Source: a virus
Strand: one strand, 5' to 3'
Length of the DNA stretch: 64,000 nucleotides
Virus record (IMG/VR): IMGVR_UViG_3300010354_000050
Span: 55,412-119,411 of that record
Within the stretch, counting starts at the first letter, position 1; every line of letters begins with the position of its first letter. This document shows positions 9,852 to 18,680 of this stretch, in pieces. The position numbers and the translations under genes were made by a program. The notes beneath the pieces are model-generated. The model did no database searches. It had not been told where the DNA came from and was given only the letters and a program-made list of their open reading frames with translations.

Positions 9852-10472
9852 ATGAAAACCTACCTAGACCTGATTAACTTTGCAGACAAACAACCTAAAG
9901 AAAACATCCCTAATTGGGAATTTGAAAAGATAGAAAGAGTTCTGGATCTGCCTTACGAGTTCCTGTCTGAAGTAGAACAGGAATTTGAACAGATTGAAGA
10001 AGCTATTGTAATTTCTACCAACGTAGGGAGTGCAAGTTCCTATAGGACTTACCATGTTTCTGTCGTCTACTTTGAAAATACCCCTTTTGCTATCTATAGC
10101 TGGGGTGGAAGAAGTACTTCAGATTTTGAAGAAGTTTTAGTAGTTAGTAGGGAAATCCAAAGTAAAGCAAAGCAATATGCTCTAGGGTTGCTTCCTGAAA
10201 GTGACACAGAAGAAGTTGACCTAAACTCCCACATTGAACCTGGCTATGCTGGTAACTATGTTTGGGAATTTCTAAGTCCTGAACACAAGCCGGATTTTTA
10301 CAAAGTTTCTATGGCAGAACCTTGGGTTTTTAAGGGAAGAGAATTTTCTTTTGAAGGCTTTGGTTACACTCCCATAGAAGCATTAAAAGATCTTGAGCAA
10401 AAAGTCGACTACTTTAATAGCAAGTTTTGCATTCAAATTGAAATAGGGGCCATAAAAGGAAAAAAACTTTGA
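9852..10472 (+). CDS. hypothetical protein
   Basis: 206-aa ORF after promoter. Confidence 0.7.
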   Translation: MKTYLDLINFADKQPKENIPNWEFEKIERVLDLPYEFLSEVEQEFEQIEEAIVISTNVGSASSYRTYHVSVVYFENTPFAIYSWGGRSTSDFEEVLVVSREIQSKAKQYALGLLPESDTEEVDLNSHIEPGYAGNYVWEFLSPEHKPDFYKVSMAEPWVFKGREFSFEGFGYTPIEALKDLEQKVDYFNSKFCIQIEIGAIKGKKL

Positions 10473-10689
10473 CATTTTTCTTGACAATCTTCCTATACCT
10501 GGTATAATGAAGAAGTTAATTCGAGTTAATTAATTGTCATTAACTACTACAGCAGATAGCAATTTAAACCCAATTATTCAGGATTCTAAAGTCGAAAAAG
10601 ATCTTTTTCAAGGAAAACTAGAAAAAAAATTAAAATTAGTAAAGTCATAAGAAGTAATACTACCCCAACTTTTTTATTTGATTTGGTCT

Positions 10690-10989
10690 ATGAAATTAAC
10701 AAATAATGAACTGACAACTCTATGGCTAGGGGGATTCAGGTATTATCTAGGCAGACAAACCTATGCTGTTGAAGATTTTTGCAATTGCCTAATTTCAAAT
10801 TGGTCATTTCTACCTGACCACTGCAAAAGATTAATTGCCAAGGAATTGAAGGAAGCGTTTAAGCAAGATGACTTAGACAGGCTAGATGAGATGAAAACCT
10901 ATCATCGCTTAGGACACAATTGTGATAGGCAAAGTTGGGCAAAAGTCTTAGATGTTGTAAATAAATATTTTGTTGACAACTTTCTCTAA
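10690..10989 (+). CDS. conserved-looking phage hypothetical protein
   Basis: FRYYLGRQTY...LGHNCDRQSW motif; ATG at 10690. Confidence 0.7.
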   Translation: MKLTNNELTTLWLGGFRYYLGRQTYAVEDFCNCLISNWSFLPDHCKRLIAKELKEAFKQDDLDRLDEMKTYHRLGHNCDRQSWAKVLDVVNKYFVDNFL

Positions 10990-11031
10990 TTGTGTTAGAC
11001 TAAAGTAGTTGAGTTTGGAAATCAAAAAAAA

Positions 11032-11952
11032 ATGAAAACCATTGACTTTATCAAAACCAGTGAAGGATTTCTAGTAAACCTTCCGGCATCTAGCAGCAAA
11101 TTTATCAATGGTGAAAAACTTCTGCCAACCTTTAACAAAAACTGGTCAAAGGTTAATACTAAGCCAAAGACCTTGACTGAAACTTCTAATAAAGTAGTTG
11201 AACGGGTATGGAAGTTAAAACCCCTGATTTCTGATTTTTCCCAACTTCCAAAAACTCTAGAATACTTTGATTATGATGACATGGAAACCCGTTATCCTGA
11301 TTACGAAGGTTTCTATGAATCCTTTACTACTTATGGAGAAGGAATTAAGGAAGTTGAAGTGCAATTTGTAAAAATTGCAGAGGTTAACCTGGTTCCTGGA
11401 ATTGTCCCCTTCAGCTACCAAACCAAAGATCCCTTCCCTATTACTGAAAAGAGTGTAAAATACCCACTGGTTTCTACCATTACTGTTCCAGATATTTTGC
11501 TACCTGAAACTCCTTGTTTTTTAAGTAGCAGGGAAACCTATGAAATTATTCGGAATTTTGTAAAAAAGAATATTGATCCCAAAGCAGCACAAGTTACTTC
11601 TGATTACGATTTCTGCTTTGAAGTTTCCAAATTAGTAGAACTCCATGAGCCTGAATCTTACCAGGTTGACCTAAACTGGAATAGGAAAAAAGCAAAGCCT
11701 AAATATGAAACTCGATTCAGGACTGATCGAAAAGTAAAATGCTTTTCTATGACCCATGATGAAAGGAATTATGAAGGAAAAAGCAATGGATTCCCTGTAA
11801 TTGAAGGTTTTTCTGCAAATTCTCAAAAGGAACTTAAAGAAAAAATTGACAATTACTTGAAGGAATTGATTGAAAACATCAATAAGCCTTTAGTAGAGTG
11901 CCCTTGCTGTAAAGGTTTAGGAGTTGTTGAAAATCAAGACCTAGTTCAATAA
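11032..11952 (+). CDS. hypothetical protein with C-terminal CxxCxGxG motif
   Basis: 306 aa; TSDYDFCF motif; ECPCCKGLG. Confidence 0.75.
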   Translation: MKTIDFIKTSEGFLVNLPASSSKFINGEKLLPTFNKNWSKVNTKPKTLTETSNKVVERVWKLKPLISDFSQLPKTLEYFDYDDMETRYPDYEGFYESFTTYGEGIKEVEVQFVKIAEVNLVPGIVPFSYQTKDPFPITEKSVKYPLVSTITVPDILLPETPCFLSSRETYEIIRNFVKKNIDPKAAQVTSDYDFCFEVSKLVELHEPESYQVDLNWNRKKAKPKYETRFRTDRKVKCFSMTHDERNYEGKSNGFPVIEGFSANSQKELKEKIDNYLKELIENINKPLVECPCCKGLGVVENQDLVQ

Positions 11953-12059
11953 TTTTAATGAAGGTTTAACTAAGGAAAGCTAAAGGGCTTTCCTTTTTTT
12001 TTCTTGACAACTTTTGATTCTTGTGTTAACATAGTAATATGTTGAGTTCAAAACTTCAA

Positions 12060-12401
12060 ATGACTGATAAAGATGTAACCAAAGTAATCTTTCGCAAGAT
12101 GAAAGATAACAGAGAAATCATTGCCCTATTTGTAGAAGTACCAGGGACTAATGAGTTCTACACTTGCTTAGCCTATGCCCATGTAGGCCAACATTTTGCA
12201 GTTGATCCTACGCTAGTTATTTCTACTATCACCTTAGCAACTCAGGATGAATATCAAGATTTGAAAGAGGAACTTGAACAAAGGGGTTATAGCCTGAAGG
12301 TGATTAAACGCTACCAACGAAGCCATTTAGACAATAGGATGTGGAACCTAGTTCCCCATCAGGAAATGGGTGATAATCTTTACGATTTCTTCAAGCCCTA
12401 G
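12060..12401 (+). CDS. hypothetical phage protein
   Basis: VIFRK...IALF...YAHVGQH family-like motif. Confidence 0.7.
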   Translation: MTDKDVTKVIFRKMKDNREIIALFVEVPGTNEFYTCLAYAHVGQHFAVDPTLVISTITLATQDEYQDLKEELEQRGYSLKVIKRYQRSHLDNRMWNLVPHQEMGDNLYDFFKP

Positions 12402-12487
12402 TTAACCAAATAGGGCATTGGTTTTTCTAAATTACAATCATTTAGTTTTATCAATGCCCCATTGTTTCAAAAGGTGGTAAAATTCTT

Positions 12488-12685
12488 ATGGCTAATTCAA
12501 TTTCAGAAAAAAAAGAAATGTATCAAGAACCCTTACAAAATTACCTTAAGGTATCTGAGCAAATTCAAGAACTTAAATTGAAGCTACAGGTTTTACTAGA
12601 TAATTTGCCAATAAAAGTTGACAATATTGTAAGACATAATTCAGAAGTTTGTAAAGTTTCTTTTATTTCCCATAATCACCATTGA
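12488..12685 (+). CDS. hypothetical protein
   Basis: ORF track, AGGTGG RBS-like. Confidence 0.45.
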   Translation: MANSISEKKEMYQEPLQNYLKVSEQIQELKLKLQVLLDNLPIKVDNIVRHNSEVCKVSFISHNHH

Positions 12686-12722
12686 CCAGTAACAAAGAGC
12701 AATCATTCACAGGTAAGAAACA

Positions 12723-12947
12723 ATGCGTAGCACTAGCCAACCTTGGCACGGGATTTATAAGCAACGTGGGCAACACTGGTATGCAACGGCTCACACAGAG
12801 TTGGGATCAGTTGTTGGAGCGGTCAATGGAGAGTATAGCCTAGATTGTTTTACTAATGGAGTAGAGGATTTATCTAGTATGGTAGATAAAATGTTTCAGA
12901 CTATCTACCGATACAGTCATAGTGGTTGTGTTTGGTTAAGGAGGTAG
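12723..12947 (+). CDS. hypothetical protein
   Basis: ORF with AGGT RBS. Confidence 0.45.
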   Translation: MRSTSQPWHGIYKQRGQHWYATAHTELGSVVGAVNGEYSLDCFTNGVEDLSSMVDKMFQTIYRYSHSGCVWLRR

Positions 12948-13162
12948 GATAGGTTTTGAAATGGGAGCAAATAGTTTTTTTTTATTTCCCTATAGTCCAC
13001 TAATTGAAGGGTTTTGAGTTATGACCTTTGATTACCTAAGGAATTCTTGTAACTTCTTTGCATGAACTGAGTAGTGATCTCTACAGTAATCCCGCATCTA
13101 TTTTGGGATTTTTGTAGAAGATCTTGACCTTTATCTGTAATTAATTCAGGAGCTAAAAGAAA

Positions 13163-13525
13163 ATGATTACTTCTGTTGAAGACATTCTAGCCTTAACAGC
13201 AAATTCTCAATTAGAAGATGTTGATGTAGATTGGTTTGTAAATCAACAATTTATCCCCCTACCAACTTCTAAGTATCTTGATGCAACAGAGGGGTTTCAA
13301 GGAAGACTAGAACAAAAGAACTACTGGGATGGAGAAGACTATTCTTGCACTTTGTTTTTCTATAACGGCAAACCATTCCTAGTCAAAGATGCTTACGATG
13401 ATGGTGAAGACTATTGGGATGAAGATTTTGAGATTATTGATAAGCAAGTAGCTTTGGAATTTGTCAAGGAAACCCTTGAGGTCTATAAAAATTTCTACCT
13501 AAAGCTCGTTGAAGAAGATTTTTAA
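13163..13525 (+). CDS. hypothetical acidic protein
   Basis: AGGAG RBS. Confidence 0.7.
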   Translation: MITSVEDILALTANSQLEDVDVDWFVNQQFIPLPTSKYLDATEGFQGRLEQKNYWDGEDYSCTLFFYNGKPFLVKDAYDDGEDYWDEDFEIIDKQVALEFVKETLEVYKNFYLKLVEEDF

Positions 13526-13607
13526 CAAAGGATGTTAAACGTAATGCTAAATGTGAAAAAGTTAGAAGCACTACTGTCTACCAGCAAACCTGTTTTGTAA
13601 CAAAAGC

Positions 13608-13636
13608 TTGACAATTCTAGTAGCCTGTGTTATAAT
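13608..13636 (+). promoter_or_regulatory. consensus sigma70 promoter with extended -10
   Basis: TTGACA-N17-TATAAT with TGn. Confidence 0.85.
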
Positions 13637-13645
13637 GGCATAAAT

Positions 13646-13692
13646 TAGATGATTCAGCCATTTATATTAAATAAGTAAATCATCATCATCTA
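13646..13692 (+). ncRNA. stem-bulge RNA, CAGCCA variant of the 18.2-kb repeats
   Basis: TAGATGAT...ATCATCTA stem, CAGCCA, inner AT stem; begins near predicted TSS. Confidence 0.5.
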
Positions 13693-13701
13693 GTTTCAAT
13701 A

Positions 13702-13768
13702 GGTGTTTGGCAGTACATCTTCAGCCTATAGTTTAACTCTACTATGAGCAAACTGCTGTTGAGTTAAA
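13702..13768 (+). promoter_or_regulatory. candidate pseudoknotted 5' leader of rlpA
   Basis: GGTGT/ACATC hairpin whose loop GCAGT complements ACTGC(13752-56); TATAGT/ACTATG hairpin. Confidence 0.45.
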
Positions 13769-13775
13769 AGGAAAA

Positions 13776-14123
13776 ATGAAAAAACTTTTTGCAACTTCCC
13801 TATTATCCCTAGCTGCCCTAGTTTCTATGCCAACAGTAGCAGAAGCCAGTTGTGGTCAAGCTTCATGGTATGGGCCAGGATTCCACGGTAGGCTTACAGC
13901 AAGTGGGGAAACATTTAACCAAAATGACCTAACTGCTGCACATCCTTCTCTTCCGTTTGGTACAAGGGTAAGAGTAACGAGAAATGGGAGAAGTGTCGTA
14001 GTTAGGATTAATGATCGTGGGCCTTATACAGGTGGCAGAATAATTGATCTTTCTGCTGCTGCTGCTTCTCAAATTGGCCTAAGATCAATTGGTGTAGGTA
14101 GTGTTTGTATAACTAGCCTATAA
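13776..14123 (+). CDS. rlpA: RlpA-family lytic transglycosylase (DPBB) with signal peptide
   Basis: [37 protein letters not shown] motifs. Confidence 0.93.
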   Translation: MKKLFATSLLSLAALVSMPTVAEASCGQASWYGPGFHGRLTASGETFNQNDLTAAHPSLPFGTRVRVTRNGRSVVVRINDRGPYTGGRIIDLSAAAASQIGLRSIGVGSVCITSL

Positions 14124-14142
14124 AAATCTTAGTTTTAAGTTA

Positions 14143-14206
14143 AAAGGCAATAGTAATAAATATTGCCTTTTTTTTTGTTGACAACAAGACAAATCCAAAC
14201 TATAAT
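14143..14206 (+). promoter_or_regulatory. terminator fused to promoter driving tRNA-Thr
   Basis: AAGGCAATA/TATTGCCTT hairpin + T tract; TTGACA(14178)-N17-TATAAT(14201). Confidence 0.85.
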
Positions 14207-14226
14207 AAAATAGTCTAAAACAAAAT

Positions 14227-14299
14227 GCACCTATAGCTCAGTTGGTAGAGCGGCTAACTTGTAATTAGCAAGTCGAGAGTTCAAGTCTCTTTGGGTGCT
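14227..14299 (+). tRNA. tRNA-Thr(UGU)
   Basis: cloverleaf: GCACCTA/TGGGTGC acceptor, GCTC/GAGC D arm, GCTAA-CTTGTAA-TTAGC anticodon arm, TTCAAGT T loop; CCA not encoded. Confidence 0.92.
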
Positions 14300-14801
14300 T
14301 TCTTCCCAATCCTGTTGCAAATAATCGTTCTAGAATGCTAAACTAGACGAATATCGTAAAAGATTTAATAGCATAGTAGAATTTGCAGAATGGTACTTTC
14401 AAAATTTTGAGCCTGACATTTTCTTTGGAAATATTTTTCTGGAGGGAGAAATAAATAATGGCTATGAAGATTACTTATTAAGTCTTCAACAACAATCCTT
14501 TTGCAGACTTAATCAAGAGGATACCTTCTTAGATGAGGATATAGAATGGGTTTCCTTATTGTCAGTTACAATGATTTGCTAAGTGACCTACACCTAAATG
14601 CAGATAGTGAAGGTTACTACTTGTTTTCTGGAAGATGCTATGGAAATGATCCTTTGCTAATATCAAATTACGGCAAAATGATGGAACCCTATTGCCTGTT
14701 GTTCCTTTGAAATCTATCCTTAAGCAGCAAGCAGTTTACTAAAAAATTGACTTTAGTGAATAGACCTGATATAATTTCTTTAGTTGAGTGAAAAATTAAA
14801 G

Positions 14802-15860
14802 ATGTACTTTTTTGCAGAATTCCTGGAAATCACCCTAAATACCAAAGGTCTTGATTGGGTCAAGGATCAGGGTATATTAGTAACTCATAACCCTGACTAC
14901 CCTAACCTATACTGCTTAAAATATGGGCCTAGGGCGGTTAAAAACTCTACTTTGACAAAAGCCTGTAGGGGTACTGTTGTTGAAGAAATTGAAGGCAATT
15001 TCAAAGTAGTTTGCTATGGGTTAACTCGCTTTTTCAATTTAGATGAACCCGACACTCCTACCGGAATACAGTTCTTTGATTGGGAAAGCTTTGTAGCTTA
15101 TGAGAAATACGATGGAAGTTTAATCAAATTATTCAATTACAATAGCAATTGGTTAATTTCAACTTCAGGTACTATAGAGGGAGAAATCAATCAGATAGGG
15201 GCTTCTGAAGTATTTTGGAAAACTTTTAATCTAATGGACTACAGTACCAAAGATTTAGACCCCAGTGTGATCTATGTTTGGGAACTTTGCACTAAGGAAA
15301 CTGCTAATGTAGTAACATATAGTGAGGATTTCCTTTCCCTGATTGCCGTCAGGTCTAGAGTCAACTTTGAGGAGCTGTATCTAGAAAACTTCTCTAAAAA
15401 ATTTTCAGTAGCCCAACAGTTTTCTTTTTCTAGCCAAGAAAACGTAATCAAGTTTGCAAACTCAAGAAGAGGATCAAAATCTGAAGGGTTAGTTCTAAAA
15501 GATTGGTTAGGAAATCGGCTAAAGGTGAAGTCAAAAGAATATGTTAAATTTCACCTGTTGCTAAACAACAAATTGCCTGATTTATTTTTGATCTGGAAAT
15601 TAGGTGAACTAGATGAATTTTTAACATATTTCCCCCAGTATATTCCAGAAGCCGATCTTTTGCTAAGTCAAATTTACCCTATGGAAAAAGAAGTAGAGAA
15701 TTTTGTTAAAGAAAACTCTTTTTTAGAACAGAAAGGATTTGCAGAAAAGGCTATAAAGAAATTTGGCAAATTTTCTGGAGCTGCTTTTGCAATACGATCA
15801 AGGAAGGAAAGGAGTTTTCAAGATTGGTTAAGAAACAAATGCAGAACTAATCCGTTTTAA
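14802..15860 (+). CDS. RNA ligase, T4 Rnl1-like
   Basis: CRG, RFFN, motif I EKYDGS, WEL, EGLV, KVKS nucleotidyltransferase motifs. Confidence 0.85.
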   Translation: MYFFAEFLEITLNTKGLDWVKDQGILVTHNPDYPNLYCLKYGPRAVKNSTLTKACRGTVVEEIEGNFKVVCYGLTRFFNLDEPDTPTGIQFFDWESFVAYEKYDGSLIKLFNYNSNWLISTSGTIEGEINQIGASEVFWKTFNLMDYSTKDLDPSVIYVWELCTKETANVVTYSEDFLSLIAVRSRVNFEELYLENFSKKFSVAQQFSFSSQENVIKFANSRRGSKSEGLVLKDWLGNRLKVKSKEYVKFHLLLNNKLPDLFLIWKLGELDEFLTYFPQYIPEADLLLSQIYPMEKEVENFVKENSFLEQKGFAEKAIKKFGKFSGAAFAIRSRKERSFQDWLRNKCRTNPF

Positions 15861-15924
15861 TTAAAATAAAGTAAAGGAAATTCCCTAGATTTTCCTTTAC
15901 TTACTTTTTTGAGAAAAGCACAAA

Positions 15925-16122
15925 ATGATAAAACCTCCAACTTTCACATTGGTAGACCCATCTTCAGGACTATATTACTCTCACATGATCTATGAGGAAG
16001 GCAGCTATAAACCTCTCTATACAGATAATGTCAAATCTGCTGCTGTATTTTTTATCAATACAGCCATGGACATTATCAAACTTTTCCCTTACTTGCAATT
16101 AACCAGTAAAACAAATGATTAA
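15925..16122 (+). CDS. hypothetical protein
   Basis: ORF overlapping next start. Confidence 0.55.
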   Translation: MIKPPTFTLVDPSSGLYYSHMIYEEGSYKPLYTDNVKSAAVFFINTAMDIIKLFPYLQLTSKTND

Positions 16123-16774
16123 AAAACTCTTAGTTATCTTAATCTTTTCCACCATCTTAACAGGAAGTTCGTTTCTGTTTGGAGTGAGCCTTACTTCTAA
16201 GGACTCAGGAGAATCAGAAATTAAACAGGAAGAACCCCAAGTAGTAGAACCACTATCTGTTTCTTTAGACTCTATTAAGCAAATTTCAGAACTTGCTACG
16301 GCACAAACTACCTTGGAAGTTATTGTCCCTGTAGAAAGTAGCAGAGTGTTGCTTGGGGTAAATGTAGGAACTTCAGCTATCTTATACAGGGCTAGGGGGG
16401 TAGCTAAAGCAGGGATTGACCTTCAGCAGTTGACCCAAGAAAACTTTATTGTAGAAGGCAAAAAAGTAACTGTAAGGTTGCCTAATGCAAAACTTCTAGA
16501 TGTATACCTAGATTTACAAAATTCTGAAATTCATGAGTCTTCAAGGGGTACTTTGAACCTTGGGCCTGACAACCTAAGTGAGCTTTTGGATTACGCCCAA
16601 AAGCAAGCTACCGAAGAAATGAAACAAACAGCTTGTTTGACTTTGATTCCTGAAGCTGAAACAAATTCTGAAGTAGCTATTGAAAACCTACTAAAAGCAG
16701 CAGGGTTTGAAGAAGTTGTATTTGTCCCTGTAGAAGTAGGAAAAACTTCTGAATGTGGTATGATGGTGTTGTAA
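16115..16774 (+). CDS. DUF4230-like membrane-anchored protein
   Basis: N-terminal TM; ISELAT, G-x-x-KAGIDL, V-x-LP-x-A-x-L motifs. Confidence 0.75.
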   Translation: MIKKLLVILIFSTILTGSSFLFGVSLTSKDSGESEIKQEEPQVVEPLSVSLDSIKQISELATAQTTLEVIVPVESSRVLLGVNVGTSAILYRARGVAKAGIDLQQLTQENFIVEGKKVTVRLPNAKLLDVYLDLQNSEIHESSRGTLNLGPDNLSELLDYAQKQATEEMKQTACLTLIPEAETNSEVAIENLLKAAGFEEVVFVPVEVGKTSECGMMVL

Positions 16775-17004
16775 ATATTGTAACTTTGCAACTTTTTTAT
16801 AGACAAAATAATGAAAAAATGTTATAATAATTTGGCAACTCTAATGGGGGTACATATGAAATTTGCCATTTCAACTTTAACAATCCTGTCTATCTTTGCT
16901 GCATTTGCTTTCCCTTCTCATGCCAATAGCCGAGATGACTTCCCTGGTAGGCGGCAAGGTGGTGGAACTTGGAACTCTGAACCTGTCCCTGTAGAAGTAG
17001 GAAA
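16723..17004 (+). repeat. 21-bp direct repeat TGTCCCTGTAGAAGTAGGAAA
   Basis: identical copies at 16723-16743 and 16984-17004. Confidence 0.9.
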
Positions 17005-17011
17005 GATCTAG
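16856..17011 (+). CDS. small secreted peptide with FPGRRQGGGT motif
   Basis: Sec-type signal peptide (MKF...SHA); GGGG RBS. Confidence 0.65.
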   Translation: MKFAISTLTILSIFAAFAFPSHANSRDDFPGRRQGGGTWNSEPVPVEVGKI

Positions 17012-17126
17012 ATGCAAGCAAACCCTATAGGTTTATCTACGGGGTTTGCTTTATTGCTTGACAAATTTCACTCAGTAGGTTATAATGTACTCTAGTCTAT
17101 AAAACTTCACCCTAGAGGTAATATTA

Positions 17127-17306
17127 ATGGACAATCTCTCACAGATAAGTGATAATAAATCACTAAAAGATTTTATTAAGGCCATTATGGATCACCCTAA
17201 TGACAATTTAGATGAGATTCTTCAGATTGCCAGAAAGCATGACCCAACTTGGGATGAAGAAGATGATGAATATGTCTATTGGCGTTTAGAAGAATTGAAC
17301 AGTTGA
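17127..17306 (+). CDS. small acidic hypothetical protein (below ORF-track cutoff)
   Basis: GAGGT RBS, MDNLSQ...EELNS; TGA overlaps the next TTGACA. Confidence 0.6.
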   Translation: MDNLSQISDNKSLKDFIKAIMDHPNDNLDEILQIARKHDPTWDEEDDEYVYWRLEELNS

Positions 17307-17357
17307 CAAATTCAGTCTACTAGGTTACAATATTTTCATTGAGCTAAAAAAACACAA

Positions 17358-17651
17358 ATGAAAAAAGTTTACAACCGTCAAGGTAGTCTAGTAGGTTATG
17401 TGAATGGCAATGTAGCTTACAGTAGTCTGGGTAAAATCCTGGGCTATGCAGAAGCAGGAGTAGTTAGAAACCAAAATCGTTCTAGGTTAGGTTATGTCAA
17501 GAATAACAGTATTCTTGATTCTAGTAGCCAAATCGTAGCTAATTTTAACAGCAGGAGGATCAAGGATCAGAACAATTGCTACATTGGCTATGTCAATAAT
17601 GCAAACTACCTTGAATTATCTTGTGCTGCTGCTTTGTTAACTTTGCTTTAG
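17358..17651 (+). CDS. beta-flower-type repeat protein
   Basis: repeated (V/I)Y-x-x-x-G-x-x-(V/L)GY units. Confidence 0.6.
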   Translation: MKKVYNRQGSLVGYVNGNVAYSSLGKILGYAEAGVVRNQNRSRLGYVKNNSILDSSSQIVANFNSRRIKDQNNCYIGYVNNANYLELSCAAALLTLL

Positions 17652-17758
17652 AGAATAGTTGACAAATTTTCTAATGTAGGCTATCATAAATCATGAATTA
17701 AGAAAGATACAATGACTACGGGTTTATTTAGATTCACTGTAAAAATTTTTTAGCAGAG

Positions 17759-18073
17759 ATGCAAGCAATGTTATTAGGTGTAAAGCGATTAGGGGATCTC
17801 ATTGTGGGAGATCGCATAGCCTTCAAAGCTAATCAGCTTGACAACTGGCACCAGAACTATTCAAAGCCCCATTTGAAGCTTACTTCCTCTGTCATCAATA
17901 TTGACACTCTAGATTCTGGAAAACGGCAACTAACAACTGCTTCAGGGAAACTCAAAATTTACCCTAATAGCATGATCTTTGAAGTAGCTGGCCCTGATTA
18001 CGATGGGAAAGCTTTTCAGACACAATATGTTGTCAATGTCCCTGAGAAATTTAACGGAATTAGTATAGAATAA
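17759..18073 (+). CDS. hypothetical protein
   Basis: ORF between two promoters. Confidence 0.6.
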   Translation: MQAMLLGVKRLGDLIVGDRIAFKANQLDNWHQNYSKPHLKLTSSVINIDTLDSGKRQLTTASGKLKIYPNSMIFEVAGPDYDGKAFQTQYVVNVPEKFNGISIE

Positions 18074-18185
18074 TTAGTTGACAAATTTCTAGTTGCAGGT
18101 TACACTAAATAAGTAACTGGAAAATGACAAATTAACCGATTGGTTAAGTATTCTTCTGCAAAAGAAATTAATCAGGCTTTGTTTT

Positions 18186-18194
18186 TGCTATAAT
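18186..18194 (+). promoter_or_regulatory. extended -10 promoter for the RNA cluster
   Basis: TGcTATAAT; predicted TSS near 18201 coincides with the first hairpin. Confidence 0.65.
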
Positions 18195-18199
18195 GAATA

Positions 18200-18357
18200 A
18201 AGATAGTTCAGCAATACTTTAATCTTCTAGGGGAGCAAAAACCATCTTATCCTTTACAAATAGATGAATCAGCAATTTACTATTTATCTGGTAAAATTCA
18301 TCTAGTAAACCAACAGATAATTCAGCAACTTTTAACAATAAGTGGTAAAAATTATCT
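18200..18357 (+). ncRNA. three tandem stem-bulge RNAs with invariant CAGCAA
   Basis: units 18200-18248, 18261-18304, 18315-18357; AGAT..T-CAGCAA-inner hairpin-A..ATCT with covarying outer stems. Confidence 0.75.
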
Positions 18358-18365
18358 AGTTTTAA

Positions 18366-18439
18366 CGGGGTGTAGCTCAGTTTGGTAGAGCGCTGGTTTT
18401 GGGAACCAGAAGTCACAGGTTCAAATCCTGTCATCCCGA
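18366..18439 (+). tRNA. tRNA-Pro(UGG)
   Basis: CGGGGTG/CATCCCG acceptor, CTGGT-TTTGGGA-ACCAG anticodon arm, TTCAAAT T loop. Confidence 0.95.
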
Positions 18440-18467
18440 TTTCTTTTCTGTTAGAAAAGAATAACAA

Positions 18468-18537
18468 TGGTGTGTAGCTCAAAGGAAGAGCAATCGTGTT
18501 AGCCGATAGGTTGAAGGTTCGAGTCCTTTCACACCAA
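18468..18537 (+). ncRNA. tRNA-like RNA with 4-bp anticodon stem (tRNA-Asn-derived?)
   Basis: perfect TGGTGTG/CACACCA acceptor, D and T arms; ATCG-TGTTAGC-CGAT arm 2 nt short. Confidence 0.75.
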
Positions 18538-18616
18538 TTCTCTATTTAATAAATTTAGAATTTGACATTTAAGAGGATCTAGGTCAGAAATCCATCGGAA
18601 ATACCACAAATAAGTG

Positions 18617-18647
18617 TTGACAATTTTCCCATCTTAAGCTACTATAA
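18617..18647 (+). promoter_or_regulatory. sigma70 promoter of DUF2828 gene
   Basis: TTGACA at 18617; TACTAT/TATAAT downstream; AAGGAG RBS follows. Confidence 0.7.
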
Positions 18648-18680
18648 TAAAGAACAAAAGAAAAAACAAGGAGAAAATAG

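Noticed and set aside
14300-14780. Possible ncRNA between tRNA-Thr and the ligase
   Set aside because: Looks like broken coding remnants; no convincing structure seen.
18200-18357. Mini-CRISPR array interpretation of the CAGCAA repeats
   Set aside because: Conserved parts are short and pair across the variable region; lengths do not fit repeat-spacer geometry; no cas genes seen.
18219-18482. - strand 87-aa ORF
   Set aside because: Antisense to tRNA-Pro and the RNA repeats.
18468-18537. Functional ochre suppressor implying stop-codon recoding
   Set aside because: The anticodon arm is non-canonical, and TAA ends many intact genes while long ORFs read normally in code 11.
18574-18606. Possible fifth repeat unit (GGTCAGAAATCC)
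   Set aside because: CAGAAA differs from the bulge consensus and the outer AGAT/ATCT stem is absent.
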